Numbered from the stretch's first letter, positions 1 to 15,420 are shown. The stretch is 64,000 nucleotides of DNA from the human T2T-CHM13v2.0 reference genome, Homo sapiens (GCF_009914755.1 NC_060926.1); one strand, 5' to 3'. A program made the numbers and translations. Notes: generated by a model from the letters alone, not told the origin.

Positions 1-937
1 GCACTGTTTTCTTCATCCCTAAAAGCAGAAATAGCATTAGTGACCCCACAAGGTCATGGAATTAAATGGATTGTATGTGAAGGTACTCCCACGATAACGG
101 GTATAAATAGCTGCTCAATAATTTTCTTTTTCCATGCACTGAGCAATGTGGCAACAAAATATGTAAAGAAGATTTTATTAGACTTATGAGAGAAATAGAC
201 AGAAATACAATCATCACATGAGATTGTGACTCACTGCCGTCTAAATTCAGACAACAGCAACCACTCAAATTGCTGTCTGGGGATCATGAGGGATACAAAA
301 GGGCTTTGTAAACTATGAGGCGGCATAAAATTGTTAGCTGTTTTGCAAGATGCAAAATAATATTTATGGGAAGCGATTATATTTTTTCCAAGGTCATAAA
401 GAAATGCTCAATAAATTTTAAAGTAGAAATGTTCCAGTCCATATTTATGACATCAATACGATACATTGTAATATTAGTGTTTATATTTAAAGTAGAGAAA
501 TTTTATCTTCTCCAACATTTTCAAGTGCTCCCTGAACTAATGCCAAATAAATGAAATAATTTAATAGTAAGTTATTGGGAAAATAAAACACTATATATTA
601 AAATAAAATTATAATAATAAATCAAATTATGCCTGAAAAAATGGAATTATTAGAATTTAAATACAAGATTAATTTATGAGTTTTGATGTAATAAAAAATC
701 ACAAAAAAAGGATATTCAAAAGATTTGGTAATTAAAAATGTTTAAAATATATAAATGAGGACAGGCTAAGATAAATACTACCAGAAAATACCAGAGTCCA
801 TAAAGAACTTACGGAAATTGATCAGAAAAAAATTAAACTCAACAGATTCATGGAAAAAAAACTATTTTAACCCATAGAGCACTACTTTGTTATTAACTAA
901 CAGATGCAAAGATGAACAAGAATATTTTATTTAATAG

Positions 938-1370
938 TGTGAAAGTTGTCAGAATCAAAATGGAGTCACTAATGTTAAGACAACCCTGACAAATAGAGAC
1001 AGGCAAGGCCGTGAAGAGAGGGTTCTCATACTTGTGTGCCTGATAACATAAAAAGACTACAAAAACCACAACCTTGCACAAAGACTGTCACAACCTCTCT
1101 CAAAAAATACTTCTGCAAGGGTATCTGCCCAGCCACTGTGTGTCCAAACTTGGAATGGCGTCACCCTTGTTATGGATCTTTGTCACCAAGGATAATTATT
1201 TCAAAATAATTACATAATCCTCCGCATGTTTTCCTTTGAAAACCTTTGCCTCTTTACCTTCCTGAACACACACGTAGTTTACTATGGCATTGCATATAGT
1301 AATGCTCTATTCTCAAATAAAACATCTCTTTTTTTAGACAGCCTCTCTCTGTTTGTTACTTAGGTTGACA
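938..1370 (+). mobile_element. Solo LTR, MER65-like (ERV1)
   Basis: Starts TGTGAAAGTTGTCAGAATCAAAATGGAGTCAC and ends ...TTAGGTTGACA (TG...CA), with AATAAA near the 3' end; matches recalled MER65 consensus. Confidence 0.85.
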
Positions 1371-1384
1371 ATCTTAATATATTC

Positions 1385-1572
1385 TCCCATGTGCTGGGGA
1401 ATGTTCTAAGCACTAATGCGTTCATTCCTTTCACCCTCACAACAACCCTCTAAGGTAGATAGTGTCATTGTTCCCATTTTACAGATGGGGAAATGAATCA
1501 CAGGGAGGTGAAATGACTCATCCATGGTCACAGCCAGGAAGTGGCAAAGCTAGGATTCAAGGCCAGGGTCTG
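1385..1572 (-). mobile_element. MIR SINE
   Basis: CCCATTTTACAGATGGGGAAA...GGTCACAGCC is the reverse complement of the MIR core. Confidence 0.8.
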
Positions 1573-2849
1573 TATTCTCCTATTCATTTTATTACACAAC
1601 CATGATTGATGAAGACGAAGGTGTACCCATAAATATGGGAATGCACCAAGATTTATAGCGGTTAAAACAATAGAAACTGCCAACAATGTAGTAATGCTGA
1701 GAGAGATAAGTTGCATTAACTGTAGAACTTTTATACTGTCACTGAATTTATAATTATGCCAACTTTGAGCAAACTAAAAATACAAAGTTAAGTGAAAAGA
1801 ACATAACCTGCATTCATGTTATGCTTGCAACCCTGTGAAACATGTATGCATAAAGATGAGGACAGGAAGGATGTATGGAAAGGAAAACAGCTGACGTGGC
1901 GATAAATTGTACCTTTGCAATACCAAGTGACAGTGGCTGGGGAGGAACGGTTAAACAGTGTTTGAGTCTCTTTGCATTTCCCCCAAAACAGCACCCCTTC
2001 TCTCATTGCGGAGGCTTCCTGGGGCCCAGGGGCCCCCTGCCCATCCATTCCTTTGAGGCTGCCTGCCACCTCCTTTGGAGGCATTTCTCTGGCACCCAGC
2101 CCACACCTGGCCTTGGGCTGTCCTCTGCATCTCCACAGCAGCCTGCTTCTCCCATTGTGGTGAGCCACACTGCACGGGGCTGGCTCCTTCCTTTGCCTGC
2201 ACCACCCAGTAGACCCTTGAGGGTGACGCCAGATCTTCTCCCTTGTGCAGCCTCAGCTCCTGCCATAGGACCTGGCCCAGCATTGGAGCCCATGTGTATC
2301 TGCTGAAGAACGCAGACATCTAGGTCTAAATAAAAAAATACATAAGCTAAATAGCTAAATATAAAGCTATAATAGCTTTATAACATTCGTTGGACAATTT
2401 CCTTCCCAGAATACTGCAAATTTGAACCCAGAATTTTATAAGTTAAGCATTCCAGAGCACCATAAATGGAAAGACCGCTAGGTAATCTTGTCATAGTGAA
2501 CGGGAATGGAAGACCATCATGCCTATGAAACCCGAGATGTCACCTCTTTCATGTTGACTCTTAATTCTAAGAGTTATACATCCATCATAGTAACGATACT
2601 ATTAACATCTGCTCATCTTTCTACATAGTAAATTTCAGTATAAAACATTTTGATGAGAATTTGTTTGACCTTTAAAATGGCCCTGGGAAGTAAGGTTTTA
2701 TCCCATCTCACCTATGTGGAGCTGGAGGCTCAGTGCGCTGTTGTAGGCAGTGTTGTTGGCTTCAGGCTACTCAGTTTAAAAAGCAGTAACAAAAACCCTC
2801 TGTAGTATATGCTGAAAGGCACCTAGGAAGAGCATTTAAAAATGAATTA

Positions 2850-3221
<372 letters not shown>

Positions 3222-3596
3222 TCAGTGTGGCACTTTGTCATTTTCAAAGCACTGTCATGTGTAAGCTGGGCTTCCGTTTGTACCTTCTGAAGTTTCAGGG
3301 CTGTATTCACCTTATTTCATTTGGGCTCTATTGAAGGCGAGGTTGAGAGAGATGCCCAGTAACAACACAAAGCCATGCTCCGCATCCAGCAAGGAGCTCT
3401 CAGCTCTCCTGGGTCCTCTCCTCTCATCCCACAAGAGCACCTTGAGTGGGTGCATGAGGATGCAGATTTTATAGACGCGGGAAGTTAAGATGGGGGAATT
3501 TAGGTAATATTCCTGATATTGCACAGCCAGTGAATGGAAAAATCAGGAGTTGAGCATCTGGGTCTGCATCCACGCCCAGCACACTTAGCACTAAGG

Positions 3597-4040
3597 CAGG
3601 GGTTCTCACAGTGTGACCCCTGCACCAGCAGCATCAGCACCATTTGGTAACTTGTTACAGGTGCAGATTCTGGGGCCTCCCCTGACGCTGCTGTATCAGA
3701 TCTGCTGGAGGTGGAGCTCTGCCTTTTTGCAAGCTCTGGGATGATCCTAATGCTCTCATCTGTATGTGCAAAGCTGTAGCTATCAATGGCTGCTAACTGG
3801 TGGATGATGACTTGAACACAGGTGTTTTGATCTCCATACTCTTTCAATGGACGATATCAGCTGTTCTCAGTCCCACCTGAACATTGAATCATTTGGAGAG
3901 TTTAAAAGCAACTCACCGACAACAAAACCAAAACACACAAAGAAAGAAACAACCACATTCTCCAGGCCCCATCCCAAGACTATTAAGTCAGAGTTGCTTG
4001 GGGTGGTGCCAGGAGCTGCCTTTGTTTAGAGCTCCCAGAT
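3597..4040. mobile_element. Two MER5-like hAT-Charlie MITE remnants (~3597-3770 and ~3860-4040)
   Basis: CCAGCAGCATCAGCACC...CTTGTT...GCAGATTCTGGGGCC and GAATCATTTGGAGAG...CCAGGCCCCATCCCAAGAC motifs. Confidence 0.6.
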
Positions 4041-4200
4041 GCCAGGCAGCTGTTTCCCCTGACTGTCTGATAATCCTTGGCAGTCGGTTTCCATCTAAGT
4101 GCCAGGCCTTGAAAAGCAGACTGCAAGCTCTAAGCTCTGTGTGTGGGTGGGGCTGCTGGCTGTGTGGCCACTGGAAGGGTCAGTCTCCACTGCAGGGTGA

Positions 4201-4548
<348 letters not shown>

Positions 4549-5064
4549 CCCACGTTGTACTCTTAATGCTCTCTAAGTGATTGTACCCTAAGGTGAAATG
4601 CTAAGTGTTCACCTCTGACTGACCAGAGTCAGAACCTTCTTCTCTAGAAGGTTCTCCTAGTCTCCTTCCTGAAGGAGGTGTTAGGGGTCAAGTGGGGAAT
4701 AAGCCTGGGGTCTGGGTGTCTGAACCACCTGCATAAAACCTTGTCGTGGAGTTTGCAGGGGCTGAGGCATGTATCTATCAGATTGCTTCTCTGCTTTCCC
4801 TGTTTAGGTTCACCTGCTTATACAATTTTACTGCTGTTCTCTCTTCTTTCATTATATCCTTGAAGGTTTGTGCTTTAAAAAAAAAAACAAGAAAAAAAAA
4901 CAAGAAACTTTTTTGTTGTTTTAGTGATATTTCAGGAATAAGGGTGACTCAATGGATGTGTTAAGCCTGCCACTTCTAACCAGAAATCTGTACAAAATTT
5001 CCTATGAGAGTCCTCCTTCATCCTAGCCTTTGTCCAGACACACTTCCCTTGCTGTCTAGAGAAG

Positions 5065-5388
5065 CAGCTTCCTTCTGTCCTCATATGCTTGCATCGTTCC
5101 TTCTTGCCTCCCTCTCTGCCAGAAATGCTCTTCCCCCTGCATTCTGATGGCTTAATTCCTCTTGACCTTTGGAGTTCAGTCCCAGATCTGTCCCCTTATT
5201 GGAGCCTTCCCTGCAGCACCTGGAGCTGTGCTTGGGTCACACTGTAGTGTGATCTGATTATATGATTGATGTCAGTCTTCCCAACTAAACCGTAAGTTCA
5301 TGAGGCCACGAACCTGGCTGATTGTGTGTGCCATTGTATCTATCTCCTCTACCCAATGCATATTTTTGAATAAATAAATGAATGAATA
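5065..5388 (+). mobile_element. L2 3' end
   Basis: L2-like pyrimidine-rich body ending TTGAATAAATAAATGAATGAAT. Confidence 0.65.
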
Positions 5389-6212
5389 GGCAGGTGGGGG
5401 CTTGAAGGCCTCTTGATTTTGGCAGTAGTGTAATGTAATGTGAACAGGCTTCACAGGCCGGTGAAGTTGGCACATTCCGAAACTCTCTCAGCAATACAAG
5501 AGCAATTCAGAGCTACCTTGATCAACAAAAACCAAAAGCAAATGAAACCAGGCTTTTACTGAAAATATCTGTAAGACCAGAAACACACAGGTAATTAACA
5601 CCTTCCCCTTATACTCCTATTTAATATTTAATTTCTACTATTGGCATCCTAGATAAAGCTGAAGCTAGGTCACCTGCATTGGGTCCTTTCTTTTACTTCT
5701 TATCAAAAACCTGGCCATCTGATGCGTTAGGATCTCAGTAGAAAGGAAACAAAATCCACAGGGTGTTGGTGAGTTGATTTTTGTGGCAAACTTCAGGAAC
5801 TTTCAGTAAAAGCCATAAAACAAATGAAGCAGAAGATATCATGGATGGAAAAAATGCCCCCTCTTGTAGTGATGCATTTCTGGATGGTTGAACATTATTC
5901 TCTGAGTTGAATTCCCTTGAATAAGGGAATTCTCTCTAGGAAATAGGAGACGCAAGGTAAAACCCCATTCTTGGACACGGACTGTGAAGGATTCCTCGGT
6001 CTGCTGTCATGTCAAATGAGCACAGCCCCAGGACAGGGTCTCTCCTGCCAGTCCTCCTCTGGGTTCCTGCCCCTGCCTGAGCCCCACCCCCAGGCATTCT
6101 GAGGCTGGCCCTGGCCCTGACAAAGGCTTCCTATTATTCTACCTAGCAACTGCAAGCCGTCAGGACAAGAATCCAGAAACCTGACATTTTACATCAATAG
6201 GATATAAGGAGC

Positions 6213-6780
6213 ATAGTTGGTTATCTATTGCTGCATAACAAATTGCCATCTAAATTTGTGTTTGAAAACAACACGCATGCATCTTGTGGTTTCTGTGGAT
6301 CAGAAACCTTGGCACAGCTGTACTGGCTCCTCGACTTCATGGTCTCTTGCAAGGTGTCAGCGAGGTGTTTCACAGCTCACAGTGGAGTGGGGAAGAGCCT
6401 GCTTCCCAGCTTGTGTGGTTGTTGGTGTGATTGTTGGTGTGATACTCACGTTCTGCCTGTCACTATGTGGTGCCTGTGGCTTGTGCACTCCCCGGCCTAC
6501 CTCTGAAGTGTTGGCCTGGGAATGTTTTGTAGCATGGGCCCATGGCTGCTGTCTGGAGGCCACCATCAGCTCCTACTGGCCTCTGCAACACAGCCGTGTG
6601 CCAGCAGATCAACGTCAAGGGTGCTACCCTGTGAGGTGATCTAATCCCATCATCTTCACCACATCCTATTGGCCAGCACCAGTCACTAGGTTCAGTTCAC
6701 ACTCAAATGGCGGGGGCAGGAATACCACCTTTCTTCATCCTCCTAGAGGTAGAGTCTGCTAGGGAGTGTCCGGCCATCCA
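6213..6780 (-). mobile_element. MLT1-family MaLR LTR
   Basis: GTTATCTATTGCTGCATAACAAATT...CTATTGGCCAG...CACACTCAA motifs of antisense MLT1. Confidence 0.7.
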
Positions 6781-6816
6781 TGGTGGCCAACTTAGGCATC
6801 AAGAGGCCACTCAGAC

Positions 6817-7212
6817 TGTCTTGGTTTCCTGGAGCTGCCCTAACAAAGTCCCACAAACTATGTGGCTCAAACAACAGAAATTTATCATCTCACAGTTCTG
6901 GAGGTCAGAAGGCCAACATCGGACAGGGTTTGTTCTTCCTAAGGGCTGCATGGAAGAATCTGGTATCCGTGGGCCTTTCTCTGTCTTCTGTGTCTTCACA
7001 TCCTCCTCCCTTTATCTATTTCTGTTTCTGTGTCCAAATTTTCCCTGTTTTTAAGGCCCACAGTCATATTGGATTAGGGCACACCCCAGTGACCTCATGA
7101 CCATCTTAACTTGTTCATCTGCAAAGAGTCTATTTTCAAATAAGTTCACATTCACACATTCTGAGGGTGGGACCTCAGTATCTTTTAGGGGAACAAGATT
7201 CAACCCATAGCA
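6817..7212 (-). mobile_element. MLT1-family MaLR LTR (MLT1A-C like)
   Basis: AAACAACAGAAATTTAT...TCTCACAGTTCTGGAGG, ATTGGATTAGGGC, ends ATTCAACCCATAGCA. Confidence 0.85.
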
Positions 7213-7339
7213 AGTGCTAACACAGTTTTTTTTATTCTGACATAAACCATCCTTACCTAGGGTTTTGGCTTTTTCAAGTTAAGCCACTGCTTTGAGGGTT
7301 CTTAGTTTTTTTTCAAAATATTTAACATTTTTTAAAATT

Positions 7340-7530
7340 AGGGTGAGCTTCACACAACAAAGTCAGCCATTGAAAAGTGAGCAATTCCATGACGTTTAGC
7401 ATAGCTGCGACGTTGTACAACCACCACCTCTGTCTAATTCCAAAGCATTTTCATCACCCTGAAAGGAAACTGTCCCATTAGGCCGTTGCTCACCATCCCC
7501 GCACCCCAGCACCTGGCAACCACCCACCTA
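7340..7530 (-). mobile_element. L1MB-type 3' UTR fragment
   Basis: TTGTACAACCACCACC...TAATTCCAAAGCATTTTCATCACCC...CCTGGCAACCAC. Confidence 0.75.
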
Positions 7531-8809
7531 GGCCATTGCTGTTGAGGGGTTGTTTAAAGTCCGCTGAGCTGACTGTAGCCCTCACTCTGCACACCATTCA
7601 CATGGACCCAGACAGAGCTGTTACCTTCTTTTCAGAGGCAAGGAAACTGAGTTAAGGGGATGTTAAGTCACTTGTCTCTGCAAGGTGGAGGTGCCATTAG
7701 AACCCAGCTGTCTGGCTTCCCATTCCACACCCCTCACTCTGCCTTCACAGCCTGTTCTACCCCAGCCTTGAGTGAGCCATAGAGCAGCAGCTTCAGCTGA
7801 GACCAGCGATCCCTCCTCCTGCAAGTGAAGGAGGACAGCGTCCTTGCTGTCTCTCTGCCCTGGTCATCATGCCCACCTCCTCTGTCCTCCTCGGCCCGCT
7901 GTGAGGATTTCTTCCAGGCTGCTGGGAGGGAACGCGCTTGCAGGAACTCCCTCTGTGCATCCCATCAAGGGCATCTGCAGGTGCTGCCTGTCCTCACGGT
8001 CGCCTCTCACTGCATCTCCCCTCCGCCCCTGCCTGTCTGGGTGTCTCCCGCTGTTCCCTGTGCCCTGCACCTCACCACAGGGTGCCTGTGTCTACCGCTG
8101 CACTGATACCCTAGAATTTTCCATAGCCTTCACTAAAATAACGTGTGTTAACCCTCCAAGCTGGAAAAACCTACTAGAAATTACCATGGGGGGAGTAAAT
8201 TGCAAGCCCCATATTCAGGTATGCGAGAAAAATCACTTTTATTTCCTAAAAGTAATGGCACTGAGGCCGGGCAAAGAGGGAGGGAGAAGCACCAGGGCAG
8301 GGTGAGGTCGGAGCAGTCATCAGCCCATCCTTGTCCCAGGCCCATGGTCTCTTCCCTGCCAGACTCTGGCTGGGCACCCTCAACCCTGGGGTCCCCTAAT
8401 CACATGCCCTCTGAAGTCAGCCACATCGAGGTAACTGACAAGGAGCCCAGTCAAGACCTCACGGCTGTCAGAGCCCGGAAAACTCATTCCCTCCTCCCCA
8501 GTAAAACTCATTTCCTCCTCCACAGTCTGTTGGGATTGCCTTTGGTCTGACCAGTTCTCTCTCCTTCTTTCCCCAGAGGCACACAGTGTCATTTCATGCC
8601 CTTCAATGCCTACATCCAATTTCCATAACCAACTGGGTGTTTGGAAACCTGCATTAGGAAACCCCTCTCCAAACCTTCTGGAAGGCCTGGACATTCCATA
8701 CTGGTGGCTCTCAGCTTGAACAGGCAGAAGGACTAAGGAAATACCAGGGAGGAAAAACAGCAATTCATATCTCAAATGTTATTCTGCCACACTGAAGAAT
8801 GATTTTATG

Positions 8810-9208
<399 letters not shown>

Positions 9209-10670
9209 CTAAAGCATCAACGTTGTGCTTTGGAAATGACAAGAGAAACTTAGAAACTTAGAGAGAGCACGCTTCTTCAGGAGTTCAGTGCACCCCTCCA
9301 TGAATAAAGGCAATGGTGATGAGAAGGAAATGAAATAAAAAATTGAGAGCCGAAAGGCACCTTGGAGATCACCTAGCCCGAAATTCTTGTCATGGATGAA
9401 GTCAAGGGCCTGAAAAACGAGACGATTTGTCCAAGCTGCCAGCTAGTTGGAGCTGTCCAGACCCCACACCTGCCCACTGGGCCTTCAAAGCCCAGGCCTC
9501 AGGGAGAAGCTCCCTCAGGCCCCCAGACATGCTGCCTGCATGCCCGCTGGGGAGAAGGAGGCAGCAAAGAAATGATGCTGTCCACAGAACAAACAGCAGC
9601 CTCTCCTGCTGCCTGGCAGCATCCATTACAGAAGGATATTTCCAGACGTGTATATGAGCATTTCACAACACAGAATACTTTTCAAAGGCAAATTTTACAA
9701 AATGCCAGTCCAGGAGAAATTAATACTGGGTTTTCAGAAAAAGAGGAAACCAGAATGGCTGAATATTTCTGCTCTCTTGAAAACCACAGAACCCACAGCA
9801 GCAACAAATGTGACAGAAAAAGGATTTCTGCCAAACAGGGTGGAGGGAGAGACCCTTCCCTTTATAACCAAGACAGAGACCAATCCTCACTGGAAGTGAA
9901 AGATGCCTCTCCCAAGAACTTGCTGTTCCCACGGTCACAGAACACACTCATTTTCCACAAGACAAATGAGGTGACCCATCAGCCTTTGGTTTATGTAATA
10001 ATGCAGCTCAGTATTTATGAGGCTTTGCAACAAAGGGTAATTTAAAATGAGAGCACAGTTAAGTATGATGTCATCCCAAAAACTACTCACTTAGCTGTGA
10101 CGATAGACAAGTGACAACAAGAAACGGCATCTATTTACTAAAAGCTAAGCAGAGAGTTTGTTTTGTTTTATTTTGTTTTGTTGTTTTATCAAGCTTTAGA
10201 TTAAATCCAGCCTTGTAAGAGATGGAAAATATCTCAAGAGCCACAGACTTACTTCAGCCTTCTACCGGGATGGTTTTGGTTGCAGCTGAGTTGTCCCAGC
10301 CAGCGTCTCAGCTGTGGTTTCAGTGGCTAGAAGAGAGGAATCCCACATGATGGCCCTCGTGGCTGAGAAGCACCATCTTCCAGCCCTACAGCTGATGAGC
10401 TCAATTTATGAGCTGATTACGATGGCCAAAGGAGATCCAATGGATATTTTGGGAAATGGCTCATAAAATGCATTCAGATCAACCAGAAATAAACTCAAAG
10501 GCTCCAGGAATCACATTTTTGGAAGCACTAGCTGGAGGAGGGGAAGCTGAGCTGACATTTTGCACAGGCACTTCTAATTATATCTCACATTGTGTTTTTC
10601 TCTGCACCTCTTTTTTCGTACCAACAGTAAGTATAATTGCTGAACTGCTCTCAGATAGAATAACACATCT

Positions 10671-10834
10671 TTCTTTTTTTTTTTTTTGAGGTAAAGTTTT
10701 GCTCTGTTGCTCAGGCTGGAGTGCAGTGGTGCAATCATGGGTTCACTGCAACTTTGAACTCCTGGGCTTAAGTGATCCTCCTGCCTCAGCCTCCCAAAGC
10801 TCAGGGATTACAGGCATGAACCACCTTGCTGGCC
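10671..10834 (-). mobile_element. Alu monomer (FRAM-like)
   Basis: Single ~165-bp Alu arm with poly(T), no middle linker. Confidence 0.85.
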
Positions 10835-10919
10835 AATGCAGCTTTTTTTTTTTTTTTTAATGACAAGAGGACTCCAAGAGCATTTTATCCAGGTTGGACT
10901 ATAAACTAATCTTGAAGAG

Positions 10920-11447
10920 CATGGTCCCTAACCTTTTTGGAACCAAGGACCAGTTTCATGGAAGACAAATTTTCCATGGACCTGGTGGGGACGAGGGGGA
11001 GATGGTTACAGAAAGATTCCGGTACATTACAGTTATTGTGCACTTTATTTCTGTTATTATTACATTGTAATATATAGTGAAATAAGTATACAACTCACCA
11101 TAATGTAGAATCAGTGGGAGCCCTGTGCACATTTTCCTGCAACTAGATGGTCCCATCTGGGGGTGATGCGAGATAGATCATGAGGCATTAGATTCTCATA
11201 AGGAGCGTGCAACCTAGACCCCTTGCAAGTACAGTTCACAATAGGGTTCATGCTCCTATGAGAATCTAATGTTGTCGCTGATCTGAATGAAGGCGGAGCT
11301 CAGGCGGTAATGTGAGCAATGGGGAGCTGCTGTAAATACAGATGAAGCTTCGCTGGATCACCCACTGCTCACCTCCTGCTGCGTAATCTGCTTCCTAACA
11401 GGCCGTTGACCAGAACCAGTCCATGGCCTGGAAGCTGGGGACCCCTG
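10920..11447. mobile_element. MER1A hAT-Charlie element
   Basis: Termini CATGGTCCCTAACC / GGGGACCCCTG; 8-bp TSD TTGAAGAG/CTGAAGAG. Confidence 0.9.
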
Positions 11448-11629
11448 CTGAAGAGTCCTCTTCTAAGCACCAGTTTAATGTTGCAAAATTGGAGGTAAAA
11501 ATTAAAAGTTTGGGACAGTTAACAAAATTCTTTTTCTAAATCTTTCCTGAAGAAAAATTCTCCCATACTCAGCCACTCCATATAGTCATGGAGTTAACTT
11601 CTGACAGTAACACTGAGCAATAATAGATT

Positions 11630-13380
11630 ACAGAAGAAAAAAGCATGTGATTATCTCAATTGATATAGAAGTATTTAGTAATGCTCAACACCTACTAATG
11701 AAAAAATTCTTAGCAAACTGGGAGAAGAACTGAACTCCCTTAATTTGATCATGCTTTACGCCCAAACACTTGCAGCCAATCTTATTCCTGATGGAGAAAC
11801 TTTGGAAACATTTTTTGCTAAGATAATAGACAAGAATGCTAATTTTTACTGGTTCTGCTGAAGATGTTGTCAGAGGCTCTGGCCAAGAGTACAAAGAAAG
11901 AAAACAAATAAAGAATATGAGAGTGAAAGAGGAAGATATAAAACCATCATCACTGAATGATTATCTACCTAGAAAACTTGGCTCCACAAAGTATTAGAGC
12001 TAAAAAGATTGGCCATTTGATTTCTGATTACTTGATTAACCTTCAAAAACCAATAGCATTTCTCTATCTGTTATTCAGCAATAAGAACAAAAAATGTTTT
12101 TTTAAAAAGCAATAGTCCATTCACAGGAGTAATGCATTCGTAAGTATTTTAAAATTAGTTTAACCAATAATATACAATGTTTCTGTTGTGAAATGTCAAA
12201 ATTATGGTGAAGGAAACAGAAGAGAATATAAATAAATGGAGAGATGTTCTACTTTTGGCTGAGATGATGTAATGTTATAAAGATGTCTTTTATCACCAAA
12301 CTATATATAAATTCAATGCAATTCCAATCAAAATTTCAGATCTTTTTTAAGAAACTCATTAACTTACTTTAAAATTACATGGAGAAATAAAAGTCCAACA
12401 TTTAAATCAATCTTACAAAGAAGAAACAGGGGATTTGCCTTAACAGATGTTAAGACATACTTCAAGATCACAGGAATGTGGTATGTGCTGTAGAATGGAC
12501 AACTGGATGAGGGAGACAGATAAACAGCTCAGGAAGAAGAAATGCTATGGGAATTTAGTGCATGTGAATGACACATATCTGTGAACAATGGACAAATTCA
12601 GCAGATGATCTTAGAAAACTGGCTCGTTATCTAAAGGAAAGTTACATTGGGTGCCTATACCAAACCACATTTGAGACTGGACTGTATTTAGATTGAAAAC
12701 CAAATGGGACAGGTAAAATTATAAAGTTAATAGAGGAAAATGTAGCATGATATTTTTGTGATTTGGGTTGGAAAAATGCTTCTGGAATAAAACTCTAAGA
12801 GCACACATTGTATGGCAAAATTGATCAATCTGAATACATTAAAATTCAAGATTGGTATTCAAGGGAAGGCACGATGGACAAAGTTATTAGATAAAAATTA
12901 CAATGTCAAAAACTGACAAGGGATACACCTGTGTAATATACAAGGGATTCTTACAGACCTTCTAGGAAAATGTATCAATAAACAACAAAATGGCAAAATA
13001 TCAACAAGGATATGACAACGAGAAAACTCAAAAAGCTAAAAACGTATGATGATTATTCAAATTCATTAGTTTGCATCAGGAAAATGCAAATCCAAACAAC
13101 TACAAGAAATCACTCTACAACTGAAGATGAGCATAAACGAAAAGCTGAAAATATGGGGTCATAGGTCCTCTGATGTCCTGCTAGAGAGAGGACAGAATAA
13201 ACCAGCCATTTCGAATGATCTGGCATTACTGACAAATTAGGTAATAGCACACCACCTGGGGCAGAAAAATTCTGTGCCTGGGTAGATATCACAAAGAGAT
13301 ATAGCACAGATTGCATAAGGAAGCATGCATAAAGATATTCATTATGGCAGTATTTATGGGGGTGGGGTGTCGGAAGCACC

Positions 13381-13423
<43 letters not shown>

Positions 13424-13600
13424 ACGCGCGCGCGCGCGCATGCGTGTGTGTGTTTCCTGACATATGCATCAATGAAGGGGGACAAAAAGAATTACAAGAA
13501 TATTTACTAATATGAGTGAATCTTACAAATAAACATGGATGGTAGTGAAAAATAAGAAACCAAATGAGATGTATATGAATATATATCATGATACCATTCA
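11630..13600 (+). mobile_element. Old L1 (L1M/L1ME) ORF2 and 3' fragments
   Basis: ATGTGATTATCTCAATTGAT, ATAAATTCAATGCAATTCCAATCAAAAT, AAATGCAAATCCAAACAAC; many stops and indels. Confidence 0.75.
13384..13453. repeat. (TG)n-(CG)7-(TG)n alternating purine/pyrimidine microsatellite
   Basis: Directly visible 70-bp uninterrupted RY alternation. Confidence 0.97.
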
Positions 13601-13807
13601 CATACAGTCGACTCTCCTTATCCATGGGTTCCACATCTGTGGATTCAAATAACTGCAGATTGAAAATATTCAGTAAAAAAAGGTGACTGCACCGAACATA
13701 TTCAGATTTTTTCTTGTCATTATTCCCTAAACAGTACAATATAACAACAATTTACATACTATTTACATTGTATTAGGTATTGTAAGGAATCTAGAGATTA
13801 TTTAAAG

Positions 13808-14331
<524 letters not shown>

Positions 14332-14959
14332 ATTTAAAGTATATGAGAGGCTGTGTGTAGGTTGTATGCAAATACTTCACCATTTTCTATCAAGGACTTG
14401 AGCATCCTCAGATTTTGGTATATGCAGGGAGTCCTGGAACAAATCCCCTGAGGGTACAGAGGGACAACTGTATTAAAAATGTATTCAGAGAATTCACTTT
14501 CCAACATATTCTGATTATGTCATTTCAGGCCCAACATTTCCACTGAGAAAAACTTTTAAAGTGGAAAAACATACAGACAACATTTGTCTGAAGAAGGATC
14601 TAGGAGAAGAATAAAGCCAAGGGAGGTGAGCCCAGCATTTGTGTTGCATTCGTCCTTTTCCAAAAGGAAAGACCGAAGGCCCTCCTTTTCAGTGTCCCTG
14701 CTGTGTGGGGTACCAAAATTGGTGTTCTGGGCCAAATCATGGGAAGCGCCCCTTGTGAACACACCAAGCTCTCAAATGGGACCCTGAACACTGCTCCCTA
14801 GCAGGAAAGGTGAAGAGACAATAGGCTAGCTCAAAAAAGGACTGCCATCCAGCATTCAGCCACCTGAACACCTTGACCAGTTGATGTGATATGCTGCCTT
14901 CCAGAAGCAAATAAACAAATACATCTCTTTGTTAGGAGATAACATTATTAAAAGCTTAA

Positions 14960-15420
14960 GGATACCATTTGGCTTTCCCTTAGTGCAGGTCTACCTATGA
15001 TCTTTTCTGTCAGATTTTGTTAATCTGGAAGACAAATTTTATTTGTCTTCACTTTTAAGAGATATTTATTTATTCTATTTCAAAAGGCTCCACTTCCACA
15101 TGGACCTTTATACCTATCTCTTCTGTCTCTTAAACTTTTTTTCATATTTTTGACCCTTTAACATCTACAAGCTTATTCTGGATATTTTCTTCTGATCTGT
15201 TTTCCAATTTGCTAATTATCTCTTCACGGTATCTAATCTGCCCTTCAGCTGTGTGTACAGAATTCTAGTTGGCAGTTATTCAGACTTTCAAGGTGTTCCA
15301 TTGTCTTCTGGCTTTTTTTGGATATGTTAGAAGCAGTTTTGTTTTCTGTTGAGAAGTTAGCAGTCTTATTTTTGCTTATTTGAAGGAAGTTTTCCTTAAT
15401 ATCTGGCTGCCTTCATTCTT
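14960..15420 (-). mobile_element. Old L1 5'/ORF1-region fragment, antisense
   Basis: TTTGTCTTCACTTTTAAGAGATATTT, TTCTTCTGATCTGTTTTCCAATTTGCTAATT, CTGTTGAGAAGTTAGCAGTC. Confidence 0.5.

Noticed and set aside
1788-2319. Five overlapping ORFs in a GC-rich patch
   Set aside because: Present in multiple frames on both strands, CpG-poor, no homology recognised; expected from base composition.
13110-13739. 209-aa minus-strand ORF
   Set aside because: Spans old L1, the (CA)n/(CG)n microsatellite (THTHTH) and MER2; open because of low-complexity sequence.
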